A stretch of DNA of 64,000 bases from Candidatus Multivoradales bacterium (GTDB lineage: Bacteria; Acidobacteriota; Thermoanaerobaculia; Multivoradales; JAHEKO01). Made by a program: the position numbers and the translations under genes. Within the stretch, counting starts at the first letter, position 1. The number at the start of each line of letters is the position of its first letter. The stretch lies in contig CBDFIJ010000004.1 in NCBI GenBank assembly GCA_965248055.1, positions 3,104,001 through 3,168,000 on the forward strand, written 5' to 3'. Below, piece after piece: positions 32,721 through 42,475 of this stretch. Under the pieces are notes generated by a model. The model did no database searches. It was not told the origin of the DNA and saw only the letters and a program-made list of their open reading frames with translations.

Positions 32721-34211
32721 CTATTGTCGGACTGCTGCCTGGGCGTAGCCGAAGACTTCCGCCGCCGGCTTGTGGCCCAGGTGATCGTCAAGAATGGCGA
32801 ATTGCTCAAGAGTGACCTGTGATGGGTGGTCGAAGCCGCAGGCGCGCGCCAGTTGTTGCAGCTCTTTGCGCAAGCTGATGACGTAATTGGCCAATCGGGC
32901 CGCTTTGTCGGTGGGGTCGAGGCCGCGCATTAACCATTTGTTTTGGCTGGCAACCCCAGTCGGGCAGTGCCCTGTGTGGCAGCGTTGGGCTTGAATACAA
33001 CCTACTGCGAGCATGGCTTCACGCGCCACCGCGATCAGGTCGCAGCCCATCGCCATTGCCAGTAACCCTCGTTGCGGAAAGCCGAGCTTGCCAGCGCCAA
33101 TGAATACGATGTCGTCGCTCAAGCCGTGGCTGTCGAACAAGGTTCTTACTGCGGCGAACCCCTGTAAGAAGGGTAGTGAGACATGGTCACTGAATACCAA
33201 CGGAGCCGCCCCGGTGCCACCTTCGCCGCCGTCAATGGTGATGAAGTCAAGCTTGCGGTCGCTGCCTACCAGCAAGCCTGTCAGCTGGTGCCAGAAATCC
33301 ATGTCGCCCACTGCGGATTTGATTCCCACCGGTAGTCCACTGTCAGTGGCCAGAGACTCGGCGAAATCGAGCAGCGAGTCGGCATCGCTGAACTCGGTAT
33401 GGTGCGCGGGACTCAGGCAAGCCTCGCCGACCGGGATGCCGCGGATCTCGGCGATCTCAGGGGTCACTTTTTCGGCGGGTAATACACCCCCGAGCCCAGG
33501 CTTGGCTCCTTGAGACAGCTTGATCTCGAGCGCTCGCACCGGACCCTTTTGGATGGTTTCTAAAAAACGCTCGCGACTGAAGCCGCCATCATCGGCGCGG
33601 CAGCCGAAGTAACCGGTACCGATCTGCCACATCAGATCACCGCCATGTAAGTGATGTGGAGCAACCCCGCCCTCTCCGGTGTTTTGCATGCATCCAGCGA
33701 TCGCTGCGCCCCGGTTGATCGCTTCGACCGCCGGCCCACTGAGTGAGCCAAAGCTCATCGCCGAAGTGTTTACCACCGAAGCGGGTCGGAACGCCTGGCG
33801 TCGGCCGCTGGGTCCACCCAGAATCTTGCTGCAACCGACCGGATAGCTCGGGTCGTAGTCCGGGTCTCCAGGATGAGGTGCCGACTTGGGAAAAGTCGAC
33901 TGGCGGATGATCAGGTAGTTGGGCGACCGGGCCAGGTCGTTATCGGTACCAAAGCCAAAGTAGTTGTTGACCCGCTTGGCCGAGGTATAAACCCAGCTTC
34001 GTTGATCGCGGGAAAAGGGGCGCTCTTCGTCGTTGGAGGTGACAATGTACTGGCGTAGCTCCGGCCCGATTGCCTCCAACCAGTATCGGAAGTGTCCGAT
34101 CACTGGAAAGTTGCGCAGGATGGCATGGCGGCGCTGCAATAGGTCGTAGACCACCACCAGCAGAACGAGCAACAAGAGTACGGCGAAGAGAGTGAATAGG
34201 GTTGTCATCAC
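32721..34211 (-). CDS. FMN-binding glutamate synthase family protein
   Basis: SAMSFGSLS, NTGEGG, EIKLSQGAKPG, IDGGEGGTGAAP and CIQAQRCHTGHCPTGV motifs. Confidence 0.93.
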   Translation of the reverse strand: MMTTLFTLFAVLLLLVLLVVVYDLLQRRHAILRNFPVIGHFRYWLEAIGPELRQYIVTSNDEERPFSRDQRSWVYTSAKRVNNYFGFGTDNDLARSPNYLIIRQSTFPKSAPHPGDPDYDPSYPVGCSKILGGPSGRRQAFRPASVVNTSAMSFGSLSGPAVEAINRGAAIAGCMQNTGEGGVAPHHLHGGDLMWQIGTGYFGCRADDGGFSRERFLETIQKGPVRALEIKLSQGAKPGLGGVLPAEKVTPEIAEIRGIPVGEACLSPAHHTEFSDADSLLDFAESLATDSGLPVGIKSAVGDMDFWHQLTGLLVGSDRKLDFITIDGGEGGTGAAPLVFSDHVSLPFLQGFAAVRTLFDSHGLSDDIVFIGAGKLGFPQRGLLAMAMGCDLIAVAREAMLAVGCIQAQRCHTGHCPTGVASQNKWLMRGLDPTDKAARLANYVISLRKELQQLARACGFDHPSQVTLEQFAILDDHLGHKPAAEVFGYAQAAVRQ

Positions 34212-34379
34212 GGTGCTTCCAGAGTCTGACTCTACCGGTATTGCTTGGGCTGCGTCATCAGGCGCAACTCTTTGTTGCCAGTTACCGTAGAATAGTTACC
34301 GAGTGTTGCAAGTGCCTGCATGACGGGCAGTGCGATCACTGTAAAGCTGTACCAACAACTACATAAATGAGGAGTCAAG

Positions 34380-35915
34380 ATGGCTAGATTGAATTGGAGA
34401 GGGCTTGTGCTGATCATTCCATTGATCGCACTGCTTGCGGTTCCAGCAATGGCGCAGGATCTGGCGTCGTTCGAGGAGCGAACCAGCACCCACGTATTGG
34501 ACAATGGTTGGACTTTTGTGATCGTCAATCGTCCGGTGGCACCGGTATTTTCCTACGCCACCTTTGCCGATGTCGGGGGCGCCCAGGAAGTTCCTGGTAT
34601 CACCGGGTTGGCTCACATGTTCGAGCACATGGCCTTCAAAGGCACGCCCAACATTGGTACTACCGACTATGAGGCCGAGAAGGTCGCGCTGGCGGAGCTG
34701 GAAGACGCGTATCAGGCCTATCAACGGGCCCGGTCGGCTATGAACCCAGACCAAGAGCAGGTCGACCAACTGTTGGCGGCGTTTGAAGAGAAGCAGCAAG
34801 CGGCCTCCGAGTTCGTGGTCGCCAACGAATTCGGGGAAGTCTTTTCTCGCGAGGGAGGCACGGGTCTCAACGCGTTCACCAATTCCGACGCTACGGGCTA
34901 CTTCTTCTCTCTGCCCGCCAATCGATTTGAACTGTTTGCCTTCCTGGAGTCCGAGCGTTTTCTGCATCCGGTATTTCGCGAGTTCTACAAAGAGCGGGAT
35001 GTGGTGCAAGAGGAGCGCAGGCTGAGAACTGAGAGCAACCCGATCGGGCGCATGATTGAGCAATTTCTCGCCACCGCCTATGTTGCCCACCCCTACAAGC
35101 AGCCAGTGGTTGGTTATATGAGCGATTTACAGGCGTTCACCGCTACCGACGCTCAGGAATTTTTTGAAAAACACTATGGCCCTTCTAACTTGACCACCGT
35201 GATCGTCGGCGACGTAACCGCCGAACAAGTGATGCCGACCATTGAATCTTACTTTGGCCGCATCGCAGCGCGTCCCAAGCCGGAGGCGTTGCGCACCATT
35301 GAACCGGAGCAAATTGCAGAAAAGACGGTGGTACTCGAAGATCCGTCGCAACCGGTTTATGTTGAGGGCTACCACAAGCCTGCAGCGACCGGCCCAGACC
35401 AACCGGTGTGGGATGCCATCGACGACATTCTCTCTGGTGGCCGCGCTTCGCGCCTCTACCGTTCGTTGGTGGAGGACAAGAAGATCGCCGCCCAGACTGG
35501 ATCCTTTGCCTCCTTCCCAGGCAGCAAATATCCCACCATGTGGATTGCCTTTGCCTTTCCCTCCAAGGATGCCAGCAACCAAGAAGTCCAGGCTGCGATT
35601 CATGATGAGATTGAACAGCTCAAGACCGAGCTGGTCAGCGACCAGGAATTGGAGCGATTCAAGACCAAGGCCCGCGCTGGACTGATTCGCGGGCTGCGCG
35701 ACAACCAAGGTATGGCTTTTCAGTTGGTCCAGTTTCAAACCTGGTACGGCGATTGGCGCGAAGCCTTTCGCTACATTGACCGTATCGATGCAGTGACTGC
35801 TGAGGACATTCAACGAGTGATCAAAGAGACTTTGATCCCCAGCAATCGAACGATTGGCATGATTAAAACCGCTGAGACAGAAGAAGACGAAGCGGAACTT
35901 GAGGAGGGTGCCTAA
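34380..35915 (+). CDS. M16 (pitrilysin) metallopeptidase, catalytic subunit
   Basis: Signal peptide; GLAHMFEHMAFKG (HxxEH). Confidence 0.95.
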   Translation: MARLNWRGLVLIIPLIALLAVPAMAQDLASFEERTSTHVLDNGWTFVIVNRPVAPVFSYATFADVGGAQEVPGITGLAHMFEHMAFKGTPNIGTTDYEAEKVALAELEDAYQAYQRARSAMNPDQEQVDQLLAAFEEKQQAASEFVVANEFGEVFSREGGTGLNAFTNSDATGYFFSLPANRFELFAFLESERFLHPVFREFYKERDVVQEERRLRTESNPIGRMIEQFLATAYVAHPYKQPVVGYMSDLQAFTATDAQEFFEKHYGPSNLTTVIVGDVTAEQVMPTIESYFGRIAARPKPEALRTIEPEQIAEKTVVLEDPSQPVYVEGYHKPAATGPDQPVWDAIDDILSGGRASRLYRSLVEDKKIAAQTGSFASFPGSKYPTMWIAFAFPSKDASNQEVQAAIHDEIEQLKTELVSDQELERFKTKARAGLIRGLRDNQGMAFQLVQFQTWYGDWREAFRYIDRIDAVTAEDIQRVIKETLIPSNRTIGMIKTAETEEDEAELEEGA

Positions 35916-35916
35916 A

Positions 35917-38073
35917 ATGGTACGCAAACAATGGGTTTTTGTTCTCGCGATCTTGGCGATCGCGATTCCGGCTGCGGCGCAGGTTTCTTCAGTCGATGAA
36001 ATCGAGTATCCGGCGCTGAGGGCGTTTGCCCCGCCGACGCCGGAACGGGTGGAGTTGGACAACGGGTTGGTGCTTCTTCTACTGGAAGATCACGAGATGC
36101 CGATTGTCGATGTGATTGCTCGGGTTCGAGTTGGTGCGCGCTCCGAGTCGACCGACCGCGCTGGATTGACCGGCATCTTGGCCGAAACCATGCGTACCGG
36201 TGGCACTACTTCAATGACCGGAAGTGAGCTGGACGAATACCTGGATAGCAAGGCCGCCACCATTGAGGCCAACATCGGCGTCGCAGCGGGAAATCTGACC
36301 GCCAGCTTCCTCTCCGAGGACGCCGCTGAGTTGTTGCCCGTGGTTGCCGATGTCTTGCGCAATCCAATTTTTGAACAGGACAAGATCGAGGTCGCCAAGA
36401 CCCAGGTCAACGCTGGCATTGCGCGTCAAAACGACAATCCGCAGGGGATCCTGTTCCGTGAATTCGCTGAGTTGGTTTATGGCGATGACTCGGCCTATTC
36501 GACCGCAGCGAGCTACGACTCGGTGGCAGCCATTAGCCGGGAAGACCTGGTTGTGGCGCATCAGGCCCATTTCGCTCCAGGACAGTTGCTGTTGGGTGTG
36601 GTCGGAGATTTCGATCGCGACAGTATGGTCGCCCTAATCCAGGATGCTTTTGGCGACTGGCAATCCGATACCGCGACAGAAGTGGCCGAGGCGGCAGTCG
36701 GCGATGGCGCTGCTCCTGGTGTCTACTTTGTCGCCAAAGAAGATATGACTCAGTCCAACATTGCCATCGGCCATATGGGGGTCACCCGAGAAAGCCCTGA
36801 CTACTACCCGATTCAGGTGTTTAATCATGTCCTCTCTGGTGGCTTCAAGTCGCGGTTGTTTTCTAACGTGCGTACCAAAAAAGGCTTGGCTTATTCAGTG
36901 CGCGGATCGATCGGCAGCAACTGGGACTATCCGGGGTTATTCCAGATGTGGATGACCACCAAGACCGAAACCACCGGTGCCGGAATTGACGCACTGCTGG
37001 AAGAAGTCGAGCGCTTGGCGAGTGATCCGATCACCGATGAAGAGATTGAATTGGCTAAGTCGGCAATTTTGAACTCGTTTGTCTTCAACTCGGATTCGAC
37101 CGCCAAGATTCTGGGTCAGCAGATGACCTACGAGTACTTTGGTTTCCCCAGTGACTACCTGGCGCAATACCAAGCCGGAATCGAAGGGGTTACCCGCGAG
37201 CAGGTGGTCGAAGTCTCTGAGACCTACATCCATCCCGACGAGTTCGTGTACTTGGTGGTCGGCCCGTCCGAGGGTACTGACAAGCCTTTGTCTGAGTATG
37301 GCGAGGTGTTCGAGCGCGACATCACCATTGCTGAGTTGACCCAAGAGCGGGCTGAGGTCAGCGAAGAGGCGATGGCCGCCGGTGTGGCGATTCTCAGCAG
37401 TGCCCTAGAAGGCATGGGCGGTTCTGATGCCGTGCTCGCGGTGCAATCGCGTTATTTCAAAGCCAGCGGTGAGATTACGGTTCCCCAGGGTACATTTCCC
37501 ATCGGCAACGAGTCTTGGGCGATCTTCCCAGATCAGACGAGCCAAACGGTCACCCTACCGTTTGGTGTGCAGAAGATGATTGTCACCGCTGACGCTGCGG
37601 TTGCTGTAACTCCCGTCGGAGTGCAGGAACTGGGTGAGGAAGGCCGTGCGGACATTCTCAAAGCCCTACGTCGTGACACTTTGATGGTGCTTGCTGCGAT
37701 TGCTCGCGGAGAACTCGGTGGCGTAGCCTCCGGTTCTTTGGAGGTCGACGGCGCGACTCTACAACTGGTCGAAATCGACTTGGATGGTGAGCTCTTGGAG
37801 TGGGGCGTCAACGACGCTGGGCAAGTGGTACGGGCCAGATACCGAGGCGACTTTCAAGGCGCTCCAGGTGAGATCATTCAGACCTTTTCGGACTTCCGCG
37901 AAGTCTCCAGTTTGTCCCTGCCGTTTGTGCTGGCGCAAACCTTTGAAGGACAGCCGTTCTTGACCGGGACTGTCGAGACCTTGGAGATCAACCCAGAGAT
38001 TCCTGAGTCGGCGTTTGCGGTTCCACAGGCCGCCGCTGAGGAGGCTGAAGCGGAGGACGAGGCAGCCGAGTAG
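35917..38073 (+). CDS. M16 partner subunit lacking HxxEH, with a C-terminal extension
   Basis: LDNGL start, SRLFSNVRTKKGLAYSV motif; adjacent to the catalytic subunit. Confidence 0.9.
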   Translation: MVRKQWVFVLAILAIAIPAAAQVSSVDEIEYPALRAFAPPTPERVELDNGLVLLLLEDHEMPIVDVIARVRVGARSESTDRAGLTGILAETMRTGGTTSMTGSELDEYLDSKAATIEANIGVAAGNLTASFLSEDAAELLPVVADVLRNPIFEQDKIEVAKTQVNAGIARQNDNPQGILFREFAELVYGDDSAYSTAASYDSVAAISREDLVVAHQAHFAPGQLLLGVVGDFDRDSMVALIQDAFGDWQSDTATEVAEAAVGDGAAPGVYFVAKEDMTQSNIAIGHMGVTRESPDYYPIQVFNHVLSGGFKSRLFSNVRTKKGLAYSVRGSIGSNWDYPGLFQMWMTTKTETTGAGIDALLEEVERLASDPITDEEIELAKSAILNSFVFNSDSTAKILGQQMTYEYFGFPSDYLAQYQAGIEGVTREQVVEVSETYIHPDEFVYLVVGPSEGTDKPLSEYGEVFERDITIAELTQERAEVSEEAMAAGVAILSSALEGMGGSDAVLAVQSRYFKASGEITVPQGTFPIGNESWAIFPDQTSQTVTLPFGVQKMIVTADAAVAVTPVGVQELGEEGRADILKALRRDTLMVLAAIARGELGGVASGSLEVDGATLQLVEIDLDGELLEWGVNDAGQVVRARYRGDFQGAPGEIIQTFSDFREVSSLSLPFVLAQTFEGQPFLTGTVETLEINPEIPESAFAVPQAAAEEAEAEDEAAE

Positions 38074-38111
38074 CTTCGATCCCAACGCTTGGGGGTTTAT
38101 TCCAGGTATTC

Positions 38112-38143
38112 AAAAAGGCCGCCTTCGGGCGGCCTTTTTTTTT
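38112..38143. terminator. Rho-independent terminator, probably bidirectional
   Basis: AAAAAGGCCGCC-TTCG-GGCGGCCTTTTTTTTT. Confidence 0.9.
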
Positions 38144-38164
38144 GTCTTCAACCTGTTTGGTGCA

Positions 38165-38309
38165 GATCCCATCTCCCCACCCACACCCCCTCCAGGGATG
38201 ACATTAGTGCTGTCGATCCTTCCCGTATCGTCGTATCGATCTTGATCAGAAGAGGAAAGGCCGGGCTACAAGGCCGGACCCGGGGACACAATACTTTGTT
38301 TGTGTCCCC
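38165..38309. repeat. REP half-unit plus a mini GGGGACACA/TGTGTCCCC palindrome
   Basis: GATCCC...GGGATGAC at 38165-38202; GGGGACACAATACTTTGTTTGTGTCCCC at 38282-38309. Confidence 0.75.
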
Positions 38310-38333
38310 TCCCGGAGACGGTCCGAAGCTGAA

Positions 38334-38444
38334 TTAGTCAGGATCGCGATGATCCACCCGCCATAGGTAGATCAAACACGCCAGAAATCCACCCCACAAA
38401 ATGCCGCAGATGAGGGCCATGTAAAGAATTTGCCGGAGGGTCAT
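38334..38444 (-). CDS. MetS-like small subunit of the NSS transporter (36 aa, absent from ORF track)
   Basis: MTLRQILYMALICGILWGGFLACLIYLWRVDHRDPD; one TM helix with WGG; ATGA overlap with the transporter stop. Confidence 0.75.
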   Translation of the reverse strand: MTLRQILYMALICGILWGGFLACLIYLWRVDHRDPD

Positions 38445-39907
38445 TTTTCTCCCTCTCCGGCTACTGCTAGACGGCTATTGAGTGCTCGAAAGACCAAGAT
38501 CACCAGCAGCCACTGAGCGACGACGGTTCCCAGACTAAAGGTGCGCATCGGGTCCCACCAATGCTGGGGGTCATAGACCCAGGCGGCTTGATAGAACCAC
38601 CAACCGAGCAACACCACGAACTGAAACGGGATCCACCAAAACACCAGCAGTGCAAACCAGCGACCAACACGCCATTTGGGGCCACGATTGATCCAGTTGT
38701 TGAGCAGCCGCTCAGAACCCACGCTACGCGCGGCCAAAGCGAAGAAGAAACCCGAAACCAGCAGCCCCAGACCCCACACCCAGTCTTGATTGAGAAAGAA
38801 TTCTTGCGACAGTGCGCTCGGCAACCCGAGCAAGAAAGTCAGCGCGACGACGATCGCCAAGGCCCGATGGCGACTAACTCCGAAATCGGCGACGTTGCGC
38901 ACCCCCAGTTCCAGCATCGAGATCATCGAACTCACGGCGGCGATCGACAAGGCCAAGAAAAACAGTGGGGCAAAGATCGAGCTACCTCCGGGGATGCGTG
39001 CCAAGACTTCGGGAAAGTAGATGAAGGTCATGCCGGTTGACGCTGGGCCGGATTCCTGTAGCGCAGCGACTGCCTCGGCGTGGGGCAGTACGGCAAACAC
39101 CGTTGGAATGATCGCCATCGCTGCCAACAGCGAGGCCGAGTTATTTCCCAACCCGGTAATCAAGGATGAAAAAACCAGATTCTGTTTTTCCTTCATGTAT
39201 ACCGCGTAGGTCAACAGCAATCCCCAGCCTGCCCCGGTAGACCAGGCTGACTGGGATAGGGCTTCGAGCCAGATCTTGTAGCCGCCCAATCGTGCCGGCT
39301 CGAAGGAAAACATGAAACTCAAGCCTTGAGAGGCCCCCGGAAGAGTGACGGCACGGATGGCTGACGCGATCAGGATTACGAACAGAGCTGGGATCAAGAC
39401 GCGGTTCACTTTCTCGATTCCCGAGGTGACGCCTCGCCACACCACCCAGGCACAGATTGCCAGGGCGAGAGCGAAAAAGGCCACCTGGATACCTCCGCTG
39501 GCAGCCAAGTGGTCCCAGGTTTGGCGCGCCGAACGATCGTCGAGTTTGCCGCTCACCGCGAGCACGAAATAGTAAGCGCACCAGCCGGCTACCACGCAGT
39601 AATAGAAAGAGATCGCCATGGTGCAAAAGCCGACAAAGGCGCCGCGCCATGCGGTGTGTTTGCCGGTCAATAGCGCGAAGGACCCGACGGTGCCGCGCCG
39701 CGAGCGCTTCCCCATTGAGGACTCAATAATCAGTAGCGGAATCGACCAAGAGAAAAGGAAAAACACCCAAGGCAGCAGAAAAGTGCCGCCGCCATTGGAG
39801 GCCAAGATACGCGGAAAACGCCAAACATTGCCGGTGCCGATCGCCATTCCCAGGGCCGCCAAGATTAGACCCCAGCGAGATGAGAATCGTTCCGTTACTC
39901 TGCTCAT
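38441..39907 (-). CDS. Sodium-dependent NSS/SNF family transporter
   Basis: AIGTGNVWRFP...NGGG motif; many hydrophobic segments. Confidence 0.95.
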   Translation of the reverse strand: MSRVTERFSSRWGLILAALGMAIGTGNVWRFPRILASNGGGTFLLPWVFFLFSWSIPLLIIESSMGKRSRRGTVGSFALLTGKHTAWRGAFVGFCTMAISFYYCVVAGWCAYYFVLAVSGKLDDRSARQTWDHLAASGGIQVAFFALALAICAWVVWRGVTSGIEKVNRVLIPALFVILIASAIRAVTLPGASQGLSFMFSFEPARLGGYKIWLEALSQSAWSTGAGWGLLLTYAVYMKEKQNLVFSSLITGLGNNSASLLAAMAIIPTVFAVLPHAEAVAALQESGPASTGMTFIYFPEVLARIPGGSSIFAPLFFLALSIAAVSSMISMLELGVRNVADFGVSRHRALAIVVALTFLLGLPSALSQEFFLNQDWVWGLGLLVSGFFFALAARSVGSERLLNNWINRGPKWRVGRWFALLVFWWIPFQFVVLLGWWFYQAAWVYDPQHWWDPMRTFSLGTVVAQWLLVILVFRALNSRLAVAGEGEK

Positions 39908-40051
39908 ACTCCGGGCGGAAATGTAGCACAGCGACCGGTGGGTTCTCGGTATTTACGGCAGTGCCGGTTGGTTATGCTCAGGGTGGTCAACCGGTGTGTG
40001 ATTTTGTGAACATCCGGAGACTGTAAAATATCTACTTGTGAGGTCTTCGCC

Positions 40052-40903
40052 ATGTCCCCATGCCGCATCGCCCTAGTCCAGCAGAAAGCGAGCCTGAATC
40101 AGGCGGCCAATCTTGAGAAGGGACTGGAGGCTTTGAGCAAGGCCGCTTCTCAGGGTGCCGATTTGGTGGCCTATTCGGAGCTGGCGTTCGAGCGCTTCTA
40201 TCCTCAATTTCGCGGTGCGGAAACACCCCTGGAGCGAGCGGAGACGATTCCAGGCCCGACGGTCGAGGCATTTCAGCGCAGAGCTGCTGAACTGGGTGTG
40301 GTGGTCATCCTTAACCTGTATGAGCGGGATGGCGATCAGGCCTACGACTGCTCTCCAGTGATTGATGCTGATGGGACTCTGTTGGGGCGTACCCGGATGG
40401 TTCACATTACCGACTACGAGGGATTCCACGAGCAGGATTACTACTCACCGGGAGCTGGCGACCAACTGGTGTTTACAACCACCGTGGGGCGCGTGGGGGT
40501 GGCGATTTGCTACGACCGGCACTTTCCCGAGTCGATGCGTGCCTTGGCTCTCCAGGGTGCTGAGTTGGTGGTGGTGCCACAAGCGGGAACGGTGGGGGAG
40601 TGGCCTGCAGGTCTCTATGAAGCGGAACTCCAGGTGGCGTCATTCCAGAATGGTTATTTTTGTGCCCTGTGCAATCGAGTCGGTGGTGAAGATGCTCTCA
40701 ATTTTGCCGGTGAGTCTTTCGTCACCAATCCATCTGGAGAGGTGGTTGCCCGGGCCGGAAGCGAAACCGAGGAGATCTTGTACGCAGACCTGGACCTTGC
40801 CGAGGTCGAGCGGTCGCATGCCCGACGCTTGTTCTTGCGCGATCGTCGCCCGGAGTTGTATCGCGGTTGGTTTTCCTCGGAGAACGAATCCAGAACTGAT
40901 TGA
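40052..40903 (+). CDS. Carbon-nitrogen hydrolase (AguB/beta-ureidopropionase-like)
   Basis: SELAF, ICYDRHFPE, NRVG and DRRPELY motifs. Confidence 0.9.
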   Translation: MSPCRIALVQQKASLNQAANLEKGLEALSKAASQGADLVAYSELAFERFYPQFRGAETPLERAETIPGPTVEAFQRRAAELGVVVILNLYERDGDQAYDCSPVIDADGTLLGRTRMVHITDYEGFHEQDYYSPGAGDQLVFTTTVGRVGVAICYDRHFPESMRALALQGAELVVVPQAGTVGEWPAGLYEAELQVASFQNGYFCALCNRVGGEDALNFAGESFVTNPSGEVVARAGSETEEILYADLDLAEVERSHARRLFLRDRRPELYRGWFSSENESRTD

Positions 40904-40935
40904 GGCTGTTCGTTTCAACGGTGGGTGTTGCGACA

Positions 40936-41112
40936 GGTCCCGGCCCCCCGCCCTTCTCCCCGCCGGGATGACATTAGCTGGCAGGGGCGCTTTTCTTCCC
41001 TCCCACCCCACCGCCGGAACGACCTACCAGACCCCGTAGTACGAATGTCATCCCCGCAGGGAGGCAGCACGACGTCATCCCCGTAGGGCGGGGGTTTGGG
41101 GGTCGGGGATCT
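40936..41112. repeat. GTCATCCC/GGGATGAC REP cluster between convergent genes
   Basis: Units at 40936-40972, 41047 (partial) and 41074-41112. Confidence 0.8.
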
Positions 41113-41146
41113 GCCGAGCGTAGGGACAGCGGGGCTTGTCGAATGA

Positions 41147-42415
41147 CTAGTTGGCTCTGGCGGCCATCGACTTGGGCACCAGCATCCATATGCGGCCGGT
41201 TTGTTTCATCCGCCCGGCGATCTCGGCGGCCTCGGCTCCGGGGCCCCAGAAGACGTCCCCACGTTGCGCGCCGCGGATCGCACCGCCGGTGTCTTGGGCG
41301 CTCATCAGCCTTTGAAATGGCTGGTCGGTGGTTTCGCCAGGGTGTGAGGTCGACAGCCAAACTGGGGTCCCCAACGGTACGACCTTGGGGTCAACCGCCA
41401 AGGATCTTCGTGGGGTCAGGGCTACCCCCAGGCTGCCCACCGGTCCGGCTTCGCTGAGCTCGCGAAAGAAGATGTAAGACGGGTTGGTGTGCAAGATATC
41501 TACGCGGCGATCGGGGTGGCTGTCCAACCAAGCTCGGATCGACTGCATAGAAACCTCATCCACCTTCATGGATCCCCTTTGCACCAGTTCGCGCCCGATC
41601 GCCCAATAGGCGTGACCGTTTTGTCCGGCGTATCCCAGCCGCAGCACGCTGCCGTCATCGAGTTCCACCCGACCCGATCCCTGGATGTGGAGAAAAAAGG
41701 CATCCACCGGGTCATCAACCCAGGCTAGTTCTAAGCCACGCTGTTGCAGACGCCCGCCATCAATCTCCGACCGCTGGTAGTAGGGCTCAAAGGCGCGATT
41801 ACGGACGTGGCCGAGGATCTTCTGTCCGGCCAAGCTGTCGCGAAACTGCCCTAGGTCGAGTTCCACCAACTCTGGGGGCCGTTTGTAGAGCGGCCAGTTG
41901 TAGCGTTCACTGGGGCTGCGACTGCCCGACAGCGTTGGCTCGTAGTAGCCGGTGAATAGGCCGTCTCCAGCGGAGTCGTCGACCTCGACCGGGGAAAGAA
42001 GGGATTCGATCGCCCGTCGAATAGCCGCGTCGTTGTTGGAGCGGCTGAGTTCAGCACAAAACGGTTTCCAGTCGCCAATGGTTCCTCCGAGCGCACCCTG
42101 TAACGCCCTGGAGTCGGGTTGCGCAGCCAAGCGACTACAAGAGGACTTGAGTGCCGGTGCGGCTGCGGTGAAGTCGTCTTCGCTCCATCCCGGAAGCTCG
42201 GCGAACTCGACGCGAAGATACCGCGTGGTGTTTTCTGGCTGGCTGGATTCGGTCGGCCCAACGGTTTGGTCGCCCGGTTCGGTCGCCACATTTTCCACTG
42301 GCGGGTGAGTTTTTACCGACGCCGCGGGTTCAAGGAAAAGATAGAGAGTCGCTACCAAGGCCCAGACGGTGGTTGCAGCGGCAACAATCGGCCACAGGTT
42401 GGAATGATTCCGCAC
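41147..42415 (-). CDS. mltA: Lytic murein transglycosylase A
   Basis: FTGYYEP, FFLHIQGSG, SLAVDP and QDTGGAIRG...DVFWG motifs. Confidence 0.93.
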   Translation of the reverse strand: MRNHSNLWPIVAAATTVWALVATLYLFLEPAASVKTHPPVENVATEPGDQTVGPTESSQPENTTRYLRVEFAELPGWSEDDFTAAAPALKSSCSRLAAQPDSRALQGALGGTIGDWKPFCAELSRSNNDAAIRRAIESLLSPVEVDDSAGDGLFTGYYEPTLSGSRSPSERYNWPLYKRPPELVELDLGQFRDSLAGQKILGHVRNRAFEPYYQRSEIDGGRLQQRGLELAWVDDPVDAFFLHIQGSGRVELDDGSVLRLGYAGQNGHAYWAIGRELVQRGSMKVDEVSMQSIRAWLDSHPDRRVDILHTNPSYIFFRELSEAGPVGSLGVALTPRRSLAVDPKVVPLGTPVWLSTSHPGETTDQPFQRLMSAQDTGGAIRGAQRGDVFWGPGAEAAEIAGRMKQTGRIWMLVPKSMAARAN

Positions 42416-42475
42416 GTCTGGGTTATGTGGAGAATTGGGTTATTTGGAGAATTTGGGCGCTAGGTCAAATGCTGA

